From assembly GCA_951406725.2 (NCBI GenBank), contig OX597817.1, positions 95,914,001 through 95,978,000 on the forward strand: 64,000 bases of DNA, given 5' to 3'. Source of the stretch: Octopus vulgaris. Taxonomy: Eukaryota. Under the pieces are notes generated by a model that did not search any database, was not told the DNA's origin, and saw only the letters and a program-made list of their open reading frames with translations. Below are positions 38,877-51,339 of the stretch, piece after piece (positions within the stretch are counted from its first letter, which is position 1; the number at the start of each line of letters is the position of its first letter). The position numbers and the translations under genes are program-made.

Positions 38877-41113
38877 CAATGCCTGAATGGCTCACGAAGG
38901 GGAAAACCATCTTAATTCCCAAATCAAATGAAACAGAAAAACCAGAAAACTACAGACCAATAACCTGCCTCCCTACTATGTTCAAGGCATTTACTGCAGT
39001 GATATCACAAAGCCTGAACAAGCACCTGGACGAAAACAAACTGTTCCCAGAAGAGCAGAAAGGATGCCGCAAAGGCTTATATGGCTGTAAAGATCAACTA
39101 ATGATTAATAAAGCCATAACTGAAGACAGCCACAGAAAGAAGAAAGGCCTCAGTATGGCCTGGATTGACTACAAAAAGGCGTTTGATAGCATCCCCCACA
39201 CATGGATCCTCGAAACACTAGCCATTAACAAAGTAGCACCAACAATCATAAAATTCATAGAGCACTCTATGAATAAATGGCAAACAGTCCTACACCTCCA
39301 AACAAAAGAGGGACTCATGAAAACCAAAGACATCCCCATTAGAAGAGGAATATTCCAGGGAGACACGCTCTCTCCACTCCTTTTCTGCTTGGCACTGTCA
39401 CCTCTATCTGATATGCTAAATAGAACTGGATGCGGATATAAATGTTACGGCAAAACGATCAGCCACCTTTTATATATGGATGACCTAAAACTATACGCTG
39501 CAAATGACAAACAGCTGGAAACACTATTAAAGACAGTTCATGGGTTTACCAAAGAAATAGATATGAAATTTGGATTAGAAAAATGCGCCAAAGTAACCAT
39601 GAAAAGAGGAAAACTAGTTAAGAGTAACAACATCACACTAGATAAAACCAATGAAATAAAAGAATTAGACCAAAGCCAAACTTACAAATACTTAGGAATC
39701 CATGAACTAGATAAGACACAACACACACAAATGAAAGAGAAAATAAAAAAAGAATATTATAGACGAGTTAGATCAATACTAAACACAGAGCTCAATGCTA
39801 AAAACAAGATAATAGGTATCAACACTTTAGCTGTCCCAGTTATAAGTTACAGCTACAATATCCTTAACTGGACACGAAATGAACTGACCAAAATAGACAG
39901 GAAAACAAGAAAAATAATGACAGGATCCAGGATGCATCACCCAAAATCTGACATAGAAAGACTATATATACAACGTATAGAAGGTGGTAGAGGCCTTATA
40001 CAGCTGGAAAACTACTATAAAATAACCACCATAGGACTGCAAAAATATCTACTTCAGAAGGAAGGAAAACTGGTCCAGATAGCGGCAAAACACGAGCAAA
40101 ACAAAAAACTGTTCTCAAGGAAGCTGACAAATACAAACAAGAAATCATACCACCTAATAAACATGAAGAAGAAGAAGAAGAAGATGAAGAAACAACAAAA
40201 GCTATAAAACAAATGAAATCCAAACTAAAAATAGAACAGCAACGAACCATGATAAAACGATGGCAAGAAAAGCCCCTTCATGGTAAATACTGCACTAAAC
40301 TAAACGCAAAAGAAATAGACAAAGAAAAATCCCAGCAATGGTTGAGAAGCTCAGGACTCAAAGCAGAAACAGAGGGATTTTTAATTGCAGCACAAGACCA
40401 AAGCCTCCCCACCAGAAATTACCAAAAACATGTAATGAAAAGAAATATTACAAGTAACTGCAGAATATGTGGAGATGGACAAGAAACAATAAATCATATT
40501 ATCTCTAGCTGCCCAGTCCTGGCTAAGAAGGAATATATTCACAGACATGACAGAGTTGGAACCTACATACATTGGAAGCTATGCCAACATTATGGAATAA
40601 CAACAGAAAAAAGATGGTATAGGCACACACCAGAAAAGGTCACAGAAAACGAGAAAGCAACCATACTCTGGGATATGCCGATACACACAGACAGAGAAAT
40701 TAAGGCCAACAGACCAGATATAGTTGTCAGAGACCATGAAGAAAAAAAATGCTTTCTAATTGATGTATCAATACCGGCAGATGACAACGTGTCTCTAAAA
40801 GAAATGGAGAAACTTTCAAAATACAAAGACCTGGAAATAGAGGTAACTAGAATGTGGAATCTGAAAACAGAAACAATTCCTATCATAGGCATGATAAAAA
40901 AATATTCAGACAAATGCATAACAAAAACACCAGGACTTACAAACACATATAACATACAGAAAATTGCACTACTAGGCACTGCACACATCCTACGCAGAAC
41001 ACTTTCCATACAATAACCATCAGAGCATCACAACAAATCACAGCACATACCCAAGGCACACAGAGCTGCGCTCGGTAGTGAAGTGAAAGCACGCTATAAA
41101 AATAAAACTACTG
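38877..41113 (+). mobile_element. Young 5'-truncated R4/Dong-type retrotransposon (family D): RT + CCHC + RLE, one frameshift
   Basis: ORFs 38879-40207 (YRPITCL, QGDTLSP, YMDD) and 40213-41016 (CRIC..ETINHIISSC, RHD, RPDIV..IDVSIP, KLSKY); (AAT)n on both sides. Confidence 0.95.
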
Positions 41114-41134
41114 AATAATAATAATAATAATAAC

Positions 41135-41602
41135 CATGCCCTGATGCAGTACCAGGCAGTGGCTCTCATGGCTTCTGATCTTAACTGATTGGAAGTGTTA
41201 TCATGTACATTGTTTTGTCTTGGTATAAAAGATGGGTTACAGCAAATATTCTGCTCAATACTACAGATTTGCTTGTCAGTTGCTTGACCATAACCAGTTG
41301 ACCATGTCCCTGAGTGGTTGACGATATGTGCATCTCTGATCACGAGCAGAAGTAGTTGCGGAGCATCATAGCTGTGTTGAGAGGGATTCTTTTGGGTTTG
41401 AATAATTAACCTCTGGAAACATGGGTGTTTCGTTCAACAACCTTAAATAACCCTTTTTCAGGGACCTTTTGAGCAGGATGGGTTACTCGACCAGAAGAAA
41501 ATTCTAACTGGGCCCCACCTGCAAGGTCATGTGCTGTTTATCTTTATATGAGATCACCATGTTGCGCACATATGGTTGTGATGCATGTGTCCAGTGTACC
41601 CT

Positions 41603-41603
<1 letters not shown>
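41135..41603 (+). mobile_element. ~540-bp (AAT)n-associated non-coding element (3'-shortened copy; mirrored at 42722-43191)
   Basis: Starts CATGCCCTGATGCAGTACCAGGCAG; homologous to 43412-43949 and 60936-61456. Confidence 0.85.
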
Positions 41604-41673
<70 letters not shown>

Positions 41674-41700
41674 GGATAATGATAATGATGATAATAATAA

Positions 41701-41764
<64 letters not shown>

Positions 41765-42067
41765 CAAAGACCTGGAAATAGAGGTAACCAGAATGTGGAA
41801 TCTAAAAACAGAAACAATTCCTCTCATAGTAGGTGCATTAGGTATGATAAAAAAATATTCAGACAAATACATAACAAAAACACCAGGACTTACAAACACA
41901 TATAACATACAGAAAATTGCACTACTAGGCACTGCACACATCCTACGCAGAACACTTTCCATACAATAACCATCAGAGCATCACAACAAATCACAGCACA
42001 TACCCAAGGCACACAGAGCTGCGCTCGGTAGTGAAGTGAAAGTACGCTATAAAAATAAAACTACTGA
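41765..42067 (+). mobile_element. Short 3' fragment of Dong family D (mirrored at about 42174-42472)
   Basis: KDLEIEVTRMWNLKTETIPLIVGALG...RRTLSIQ plus 3' UTR, within (AAT)n. Confidence 0.9.
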
Positions 42068-42474
42068 ATAATAATAATAATAATAATAATAGTGATGATA
42101 ATAATAATAATAATAATAATTATTATTATTATTATTATTATTATCATCACTATTATTATTATTATTATTATTCAGTAGTTTTATTTTTATAGCGTACTTT
42201 CACTTCACTACCGAGCGCAGCTCTGTGTGCCTTGGGTATGTGCTGTGATTTGTTGTGATGCTCTGATGGTTATTGTATGGAAAGTGTTCTGCGTAGGATG
42301 TGTGCAGTGCCTAGTAGTGCAATTTTCTGTATGTTATATGTGTTTGTAAGTCCTGGTGTTTTTGTTATGTATTTGTCTGAATATTTTTTTATCATACCTA
42401 ATGCACCTACTATGAGAGGAATTGTTTCTGTTTTTAGATTCCACATTCTGGTTACCTCTATTTCCAGGTCTTTG

Positions 42475-42534
<60 letters not shown>

Positions 42535-42557
42535 ATTGTTATTATTATTATTATTAA

Positions 42558-42637
<80 letters not shown>

Positions 42638-42664
42638 TTATTATTATCATCATTATCATTATCC

Positions 42665-42723
<59 letters not shown>

Positions 42724-43411
42724 AGGGTACACTGGACACATGCATCACAACCATATGTGCGCAACATGGTGATCTCATATAAAGATAAACAGCACATGAC
42801 CTTGCAGGTGGGGCCCAGTTAGAATTTTCTTCTGGTCGAGTAACCCATCCTGCTCAAAAGGTCCCTGAAAAAGGGTTGTTTAAGGTTGTTGAACGAAACA
42901 CCCATGTTTCCAGAGGTTAATTATTCAAACCCAAAAGAATCCCTCTCAACACAGCTATGATGCTCCGCAACTACTTCTGCTCGTGATCAGAGATGCACAT
43001 ATCGTCAACCACTCAGGGACATGGTCAACTGGTTATGGTCAAGCAACTGACAAGCAAATCTGTAGTATTGAGCAGAATATTTGCTGTAACCCATCTTTTA
43101 TACCAAGACAAAACAATGTACATGATAACACTTCCAATCAGTTAAGATCAGAAGCCATGAGAGCCACTGCCTGGTACTGCATCAGGGCATGGTTATTATT
43201 ATTATTATTATTATTCAGTAGTTTTATTTTTATAGCGTGCTTTCACTTCACTACCGAGCGCAGCTCTGTGTGCCTTGGGTATGTGCTGTGATTTGTTGTG
43301 ATGCTCTGATGGTTATTGTATGGAAAGTGTTCTGCGTAGGATGTGTGCAGTGCCTAGTAGTGCAATTTTCTGTATGTTATATGTGTTTGTAAGTCCTGGT
43401 GTTTTTGTTAT

Positions 43412-43949
43412 AGGCAGTGGCTCTCATGGCTTCTGATCTTAACTGATTGGAAGTGTTATCATGTACATTGTTTTGTCTTGGTATAAAAGATGGGCTACAG
43501 CAAATATTCTGCTCAGTACCACAGATTTGCTTGTCAGTTGTTTGACCTTAACCAGTTGAGCATGTCCCTTAGTGGCTGACGATATGTGCATCTCTGATCA
43601 CGAGCAGAAGTAGTGGGGGAGCATCATAGCCATGTGTTGAGAGGGATTCTTTGGGGTTTGAATAGTTCACCTCTGGAAACATGGGTGGTTCTTTCAACAT
43701 CCTTAAACAACCCTTATTCAGGGACCGTTTGAGCGGGATGGGCTACTCAACCTGAAGAAAATTCTAACTGGGCCCCACCTGCAAGGTCATGTGCTGTTTA
43801 TCTTGATATGAGATCACCATGTCGCGCACATATGGTTGTGATGCATGTGCCTGGTGTACCTTTATCAGACGGGTAGTCATGATGGGTATATTGGGCTTCG
43901 TATATTTTACCCCAGTGTCACTTTGATGGCATGAACTGCTCTCTCACTC
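43412..43949 (+). mobile_element. ~540-bp (AAT)n-associated non-coding element
   Basis: Ends CTCTCTCACTC(AAT)n; multiple copies in the window. Confidence 0.85.
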
Positions 43950-44011
<62 letters not shown>

Positions 44012-44021
44012 CAATAATAAT

Positions 44022-44417
44022 CATTTCTACTATAAGCGCAAAGCCTGAAATTTTGGGGAGGGGACTAGTCGATTACACTACCCCGGTACTCAACTGGTAC
44101 TTATTTTATCGAATCCGAAAGGTTGAAATGCAAAGTCGACCTGGGCGGAATTTGAACTCAGAACGCAAAGACCGACGAAATACCGTTAAGTATGTCGTCC
44201 GGTGTGCTAACGATTCTGCTAGCTCGCCACCATAAAAGAAAGAATTCAAATTTTGCCACAAAGGCAGCAATTTTGGAGGAAGGGAATGAGTCGATTACAT
44301 CGACGCCAGTGTTCTCCCAGTGGACTCTGGCGTAATTTGATCTCAGAACGTTCTGACGGACGAACTACCGCTAAGCAATTTCGCCCGGCGTGCTAACGAT
44401 TCTGCCAGCTCGCCACC
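44022..44417 (-). mobile_element. Two diverged Meta-like SINE copies
   Basis: Two heads GCTAACGATTCTGC(C/T)AGCTCGCC ending at about 44228 and 44414. Confidence 0.75.
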
Positions 44418-44418
44418 C

Positions 44419-44466
<48 letters not shown>

Positions 44467-44469
44467 TAA

Positions 44470-45990
44470 AACCTAAAAATTGTCCATAGTTCCAGTAAGG
44501 CCATTGGGATGTACACGGGGCAGGGTAAATGTGTCAAAATGACACTGAGAATAGGCAAATTAATCAGCATTGAAAACAATGCACTCGGCATAGACAGAAA
44601 TCAGAGAATTAGACCACAATCGCCCATACAAATATCTAGGAATATACGAAATAGCTTTTAGCTATTACAACACACAGAAATGAAATAGTAAATTAGGATA
44701 GAATATTACAAAAAGGAAAGGCTAATATTAAACAATGAGCTCAATGCTAAAAATAAGATAATAACGACAAACATGCTAGCCATACCAGTCATAAATTACA
44801 GCTTCAACAAAATTAACTGGAAGATCAATGAATTGAGAAACTTATGTAGAAAAACCCAGAAAACTATTAACAGCATGCTGAAATCACCAGCTCACCTCAA
44901 AGAAGACACAGAGAGATTATACATCTACCCTACTCAGAACGAGATCGTGGTCTGGCACAGATAGAGAACTACTATAAAGCAACAAAAAGAAAGAAAGAAA
45001 GGAAACGCTTTTCTCTAAACACAATAAGGTGAAGAAATACAAAACAGAAACAAACTACATTGATACACTGATCTCAGATGACAGCATAGCAGTAATGGTC
45101 AGAGACAAAAACAACATGAAGGCTGAGCTACAAAACATACTAAAGAAGAAACGGAAAGAAAAATCACTCTATGTGGCAAGGCTTGACAGAAAAGAAGTGA
45201 GCTTAAGTAAAAGCCAACAAGGCTCAATAGCTCTGGACTAAAAGCAGAAACGGAAGGACTGATTCTCGTTTTACAAGATCAATATCTGACCACAAACAGC
45301 TATCAAAGCAAAATAATGAACATAGCTCCTAACACCAAACGCAGAATGTGCAACCAGCCAGCACAATGAGACAGTTGAGTATATCTTCTCTGGCTCTCCA
45401 GTCCTTACCAAATCTGAATATATATATATATATATATACATACAGATATGACCAAATAAGTAGTTATATCCACTGGACAATATACCAACACTACCACATA
45501 AAAACTAACAGAAAATGGTATAACCATGTGCTGAACAAGGTACATGACAACGACTAAACCTCAATCATCTTGGATATGTCTTCCAAACATAACACTCAAG
45601 AATTGGAAAAAAAAAATCTGCTTACTGATAGATATTGCTGTGGCTTCGAACCAAAATAAGTGGAGAAATTGTTAAAGTACAAAGGCCTCGAAACTGAAGT
45701 ATTCAAGATGTGGAGCATGGAGGTTAAATCAATACCAGTAATAATTGGAGCATTATGTATGATAAAAAGAAAATATGAACAAAAACGTAGAAAATATACC
45801 TGGACCCTCAACACCACGCACTATCCAAAAAATACCCCTGCTCGGAACAGCCCACATCCCACGCAAGACACTATCAATCCAATAATACAATCCAAACAAG
45901 ACAACCCACAAACACCAGATACACTTTATACAGTAAATAACCAATAACATAAACAATCATCACATGTAATCTACAAGCCAGACACCCAAC
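44470..45990 (+). mobile_element. R4/Dong-type retrotransposon, highly degenerate
   Basis: LAIPVINYSFNKINW, GLKAETEG, KYKGLETEVFKMWSMEVKSIPVIIGAL. Confidence 0.85.
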
Positions 45991-46649
45991 AGAAGAATAC
46001 GGCTCGCATTACATACACAACTCACAATACAAACATTAATATAAAAAAAGACTGCAACCAAACCATATCGCAAAGCAAATGGTTGCAGTAAAAAATCGGT
46101 GTTTTCACTCCCCCAGCAACAAAACAGAATACACCTCAGCAACACGGAGGTGTGGCGGGTGATGCAGTTGAAATCCGCCTGAAACTATCAAATGAACTTT
46201 CAAAGAAAAGGTTGCAAATAGCATTGAAAGAGCTTTGACAAACAAAAACAAAACAAACAACTTACTCATTAACCAAGCTAAATAAACAATTGATTAGTTA
46301 GTTGCATATTTAACCAATTGGCTAATAATAAAGGAGTGGAATTGAACCAGTGTGTGTGTTAATATTATTGACATAGTAACTCTCTAGACAATTATATTTT
46401 TGGTTGTCATGGAGAAAGAAACTGGTTAGTTAGTTTGGTATATGACTAGTCAATGGAGGAGAGAAGATATCTCGGACATGTTCCAAGAATCGTGAACGAA
46501 TGCAGAGTTGGTGCATGTGTGCGTGAGTGTGTGTGTGTTTATGCATTAGTGACTGCAGGTGTATACGTATTTGAGCACGTCAGTGTGTATTGGTGGGTAA
46601 ATGAAGGGGAGGGTAGCATAGTATGGGTGTATGTACGTACGACTCTATG

Positions 46650-46890
46650 TGTCAAGAAGCATTAAAGGAAATACGGTGTGAGAAAACGTGCCCACTTTGA
46701 AAGTAAATCTTTGTTTCCAAATAAGCTTAGTAGAGCGAGGATTTCGTGTGATTGAAGTAATTCGAAGGTAGAGAGGTGGTCGTGAAAATGGCCTGTATAG
46801 TCAAAGTAGTGAACTGTGGATATAAAGAGACTGTAACATGTGGCCAAAGTTGAGTAGGTGCTCTCGGAATCAGTCAACCAAATTCACTGA
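46650..46890 (-). mobile_element. Penelope-like GIY-YIG 3' remnant
   Basis: FREHLLN and FKVGTF..P motifs in frameshifted minus-strand translation. Confidence 0.55.
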
Positions 46891-48739
46891 TTTTTATACA
46901 CAATCACATACATAAAATCAGATTCGTTTGAAGATGTTATTCATTCTGTGGCTACTCACAATTTCTTGCTATGTCCGATTCTCTAGACGACAATAAAATT
47001 AATAGATAAATTTAAAGGCTCAAAGATACGGCACATGCAACACGAAATACTTCGAGTTACTGGCTTTTTATTGGTCAGTTTTGTTTCGTACAAGTGTTCA
47101 GAGGAATTTGATACTAGACTTTGATTGTATACTGACAAACATTCTTATCTTTATTATGCTAGCTATAATTGATGGAAGGATTCCGTGAACGTGTAAATTG
47201 CTTCTGCTTTATAATGAGGGAGCATAGAAACCTAAAACATAGGAAGTCTCGTAAATGATACCATGAACAGAGTTTATAGAATAAGTAGGTTTTCTAGAAG
47301 AAGTCATATGGCATCATGTTTACATGATAAAATTATATGATTGGGTAAGGGTCATTACTGTAGACACAAGCGCTTATAATAGGCTCTCATCCAATGGCAC
47401 CACCAGTGCGTTTAAAAAATCTGAAGAAACCCATGCACAATCGTTAAAACCGCAGGTAAAGACATTGCTTCAAAACTGATTGAAAAGATATTAGGTTTGA
47501 AAGCTTTCCCCACACTGTACACCACATGACACATTAAAAGACTACAAATTAAATTTTGCTGGTAGCGCCAATGATAGGTTGATCATTCAGGCCAAATTTA
47601 AATTATAGATAACCAGCAAAAACTTTCTAGAAACAATTATCACGAAATTAAGAAATAAGCAATTCTTCCCATTATTGTGTAGCACTCAAGAAATATCATA
47701 GTGGTTATTAGAATTATTATAACGTGATTGAATGTGCGGGCTCATAACAAGCTACATCTTAGGTCTTTGAGATGAAAGATTCTCTGCTTTAAGACAAGGA
47801 ATTTACATGAATGATTTCGAAAAATTTAAGCTGAGATGAGGAAGGACCTCATAAAACTGTTCAATGGAAACTATCCTCACTGTAGTTACTGTTTAGGACT
47901 ATATATTTCAACACAGATAACTTACCATAAGCTCAACAAAAAATTGTTTGCATACAAAAGGGTTCCAATCACCCATGTATAAAAATACCACAGATATCAC
48001 AAAATCTTAGATATTTCCCCCTAAACCTCAAAGACGCTTACGACCGCTCTTGAACTTAACATCCTCGACGATTCACAAGCATGATGCTATGGAAGCGTTA
48101 TAACAAGTTTCACCTAACTTCTGCTAATGATATAATCTAGGTCATAGCTATGATAATGAAACCAGATGAAAATTTCAGCTGTCAGCATTTCTAAAGTTAT
48201 CTGTATCAAAATCACCACCATGACTATCAACAATATCAATCATAGTTCACGTGTTCGTAGTCGTCATCATCTTAATCACCATTTCCTAAAGACCAGTAAA
48301 TAACTGAAATGACGTACATAATTTGATTATAATTTCATAAACACCCTTGATAATAAACTAGATAATGTTTGGGAGTGTTATTTCAACGAGATTCCATCAT
48401 ATCTGATATATTAAACTCGTTGAAATAACACTTGATAGGCATGCACTATCAAATTGAAACTTACCGTGCTAGCCTTCATGAATTCCTGGTGGTTTTTAGA
48501 GAGAAAATACATTTAAGTAAATCTGCTCTTCCACTCCTTTCAGAAAGCAACACGAAATAAGAATATTGCAACGCTTGCAATATTCATCAACAGATGATAC
48601 ACCTCCACCACAAAAAAGACTGACACGTTCCGACGAATTTCATGGATTTAATTTGCAGCAACATTACCCGAGTAAAAGATTTTGAATCTTAAATTTCATC
48701 TTGATGAAATTATCTATAAATATTTAAACAGGTTTTTCA

Positions 48740-50630
48740 CTATTATTTAAAATGCTTTGAAATAACGCCATAGAATCATGAAAGAAAATTAAAATTACGT
48801 GATTCAGAGTGACAAAATTCTAGACCATACGTGTTTGTACTGATATAACTTTGTATATTTTATTCTCAATTTTCATAGATATCTCGATGAATAATTGGTC
48901 ACTATATAAAGATTCAAAAACAGAGATTTCTGTAATGTATTTAAAACGAAAGAAGTTTCTCTACGTTTCCTTGGAGAAAAAAAAGTTGAAAGGATGCCAC
49001 CGAAGGCTGATCTGGATTAAAATTACAGGTATTGAACTACAAAATCATTAAACAAAGACTGTAGGAAAAGAAATTCACTCCATAAATTGATACTAAAAGG
49101 CACTTTATCCATAGATTTTGCGAACATTGACAACACTAACAATATAAAACAGATATATAAAAAGTAAGTGAAAGGTAGTTCTATAGATCCAGAGAAATGG
49201 GAAGTTGTAAAAAATGTATCCGAGTGCTGAAATATGGTTGTGAAAATGTCATGAGTGAAAATTACACGGAGACCCGTGAAACAGACTATATCTGTTCTGA
49301 AGTGGTAGATAAAAACAGTTTCCCGAATTAACAACATTATATAGCATCTGGATTCCTTTGGTGCTGGTTATCCTGTTGTATCAGAACTGAGTCTGTTATG
49401 TGACTAATAGAGTAAGTGGTTGATGATACAAGAAATAAATGAAAAGTGTGTCAGAAACATAGAAAGTGTGAAAGATTGTGAATAGGAAGAAGTAAAGATT
49501 TTAGTTTTATGTTACTTTAATTTTGACGGATAAGAGTAACAGTCTTAATAAATGATAATCTATGATGGAAATCAAAAAAATATTTTTTGAACTTGGTGAT
49601 TTTCTATGAACATTGAGATAAAAGAACTTCTCGAGAACTGATAATCATATGTCAATCATTTTATGGCGGCGAGCTGGCAGAAACGTTAGCATGCCGGACG
49701 AAATGCTTAGCGGTATTTCGTCTGCCGCTACGTGCTGAGTTCAAATTCCCCTTTCGGGGTCGATTAAATAAGTACCAGTTACGCACTGGGGTCGATATAA
49801 TCGACTTAATCCGCTTGTCTGTCCTTGTTTGTCCGCTCTGTGTTTAGCCCCTTGTGGGTAGTAAAGAAATATGTATTTCGACTGCCGCTACGTTCTGAGT
49901 TCAAATTCCGCCGAGGTCGACTTTGCCTTTCATCCTTTCGGTGTCGATAAATTAAGTACCAGTTAAACACTGGGGTCGATATGATCGACTTAATCCGTTT
50001 GTCTGACCTTGTTCGTCCCTCCTGTGTTTAGCCCCTTGTGAGTAGTAAAGAAATAGGTATTTCGTCTGTCGTTACGTTCTGAGTTCAAATTCTGCCTAGG
50101 TCGACTTTGCATTTCATCCTTTCGGGGTTGATTAATTAAGTACCAGTTGCGTACTGGAGTCCTCCCCCAAATTTTCGGGCCTTGTGCCTACAGTAGAAAA
50201 TAATATTATAATACCCCTTGTGCGCAAGACGCACACAAAAATGTCGTCTTTAACTGACCAAGTGGCCATGTATTATTTACTGTTGCAACCTATCATTCAC
50301 AGCGAGGATATGTACTATAGCATTTACGGAAATTTATCAATGGTTTCTCTGATTGTTTTGAACGAACATGCAATTCTCTACAACAGCAAAAAGATAATGC
50401 ATTTCTAAATTGACTTTAGGTTGTCACTTTTAAGAAGTATAATAAATTGTTTAGACTACAATCCATTTAGTTACGTTGTAACAATTATGATAATTCTATT
50501 GAAGTATTCTAAAATAACTGTTTCCTTTTCACGAACTGCAGTGTTATTGCAGTCTATCAAAATTATGTCCACAAAGGAACTTAAACCCCAAACAATAAAG
50601 ACAATTTGTTTTCTAAGAAAACTCAATATT
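48740..50630 (-). pseudogene. Decayed Cys-loop ligand-gated ion channel (nAChR-like / cephalopod chemotactile-receptor-like) pseudogene, interrupted by a SINE array
   Basis: Collinear remnants: hydrophobic leader, VR..QSEKPL..AIVHILAVNDRLQQ.IIHGHL..KDDIFV, Cys-loop-like CS*KITKF..FFD, ALGYIF.QLPIS.SGS..., FILLVLSMFAKSMDKVP, WSRI.VTLNHVILIFF; many stops and frameshifts. Confidence 0.55.
49665..50200 (+). mobile_element. Head-to-tail array of three Meta-like SINE units
   Basis: One full head, then two units restarting at GTATTTCG..; the last has an alternative tail. Confidence 0.88.
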
Positions 50631-51339
50631 TCTATTTTAGATATTCAATATTGTCTAACATGACCAAAATCAAATAATTGTTTTAATTTTCTCTACAGTA
50701 CCGAAATCATGATCAAAAAGATAATTCACTTTATTAATGAAGTGTATCCTCTTCACAAAAAGAATCAATACAGGATTTGTAACATATAAATAACTGAATA
50801 CTGCGATCATTTTTTTACCAAATCCAGAATTACTGAGGGATGGATATAATATAGTGAATCGGCTTGAATGCATAAAAGGGGCATATTTGAATGATTAATG
50901 TCAAAATGTTATCGAACGCAAAAGAATGTGAAGCAAATTCATCACTGTGGTAATTTGACTGTAATACAAATAGAATTTAGCTGACTCTCAACTACATCAA
51001 AGTAAAAAATATTTTAAATCTATTAAAAGTGAAATTTCATAGCTCCTCGAATTTGGTATTATCTTACATTATTTGAACAGCGATAAACTTTCAGAAAATC
51101 GAATATTCAAAACAGATTTCAATTGCTTTTTGTCGCCATTTCACCTTTGTTACCTCACCTTAGATGTACATGCACTTGCACTAGCATGGTCACACAAGTA
51201 TGTTTGCGTACATACATGCACATAAATATTTCTCCTTCCCTTTGGAAAAGGTTTCAATCTTACAACTTCTTGCCTTTCTCGTATAATCTTTGGTTTTTTG
51301 TTATGTATCAGGCAAATTTTAAACGTTATATAAACTTAG

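Larger units (their letters stand above)
40918..43411. repeat. ~2.5-kb spacer-less palindrome centred at about 42120
   Basis: 40918-42120 is the reverse complement of 42121-43411, including copy-private variants; arms differ in (AAT)n length. Confidence 0.95.

Noticed and set aside
38646-38922. Poly-I/N/Y ORFs here and at 19001, 41504, 42270, 60743
   Set aside because: Translations of (AAT)n microsatellites
41135-41210. HDV-like or hammerhead ribozyme at the 5' end of the 540-bp element
   Set aside because: CTGATG is not followed by a valid core, and P1/P1.1 could not be built by eye; needs a computational test
47100-48100. Possible Helitron-like or other coding remnant (KAFPTLY)
   Set aside because: Single weak motif with many stops; unsupported without a search
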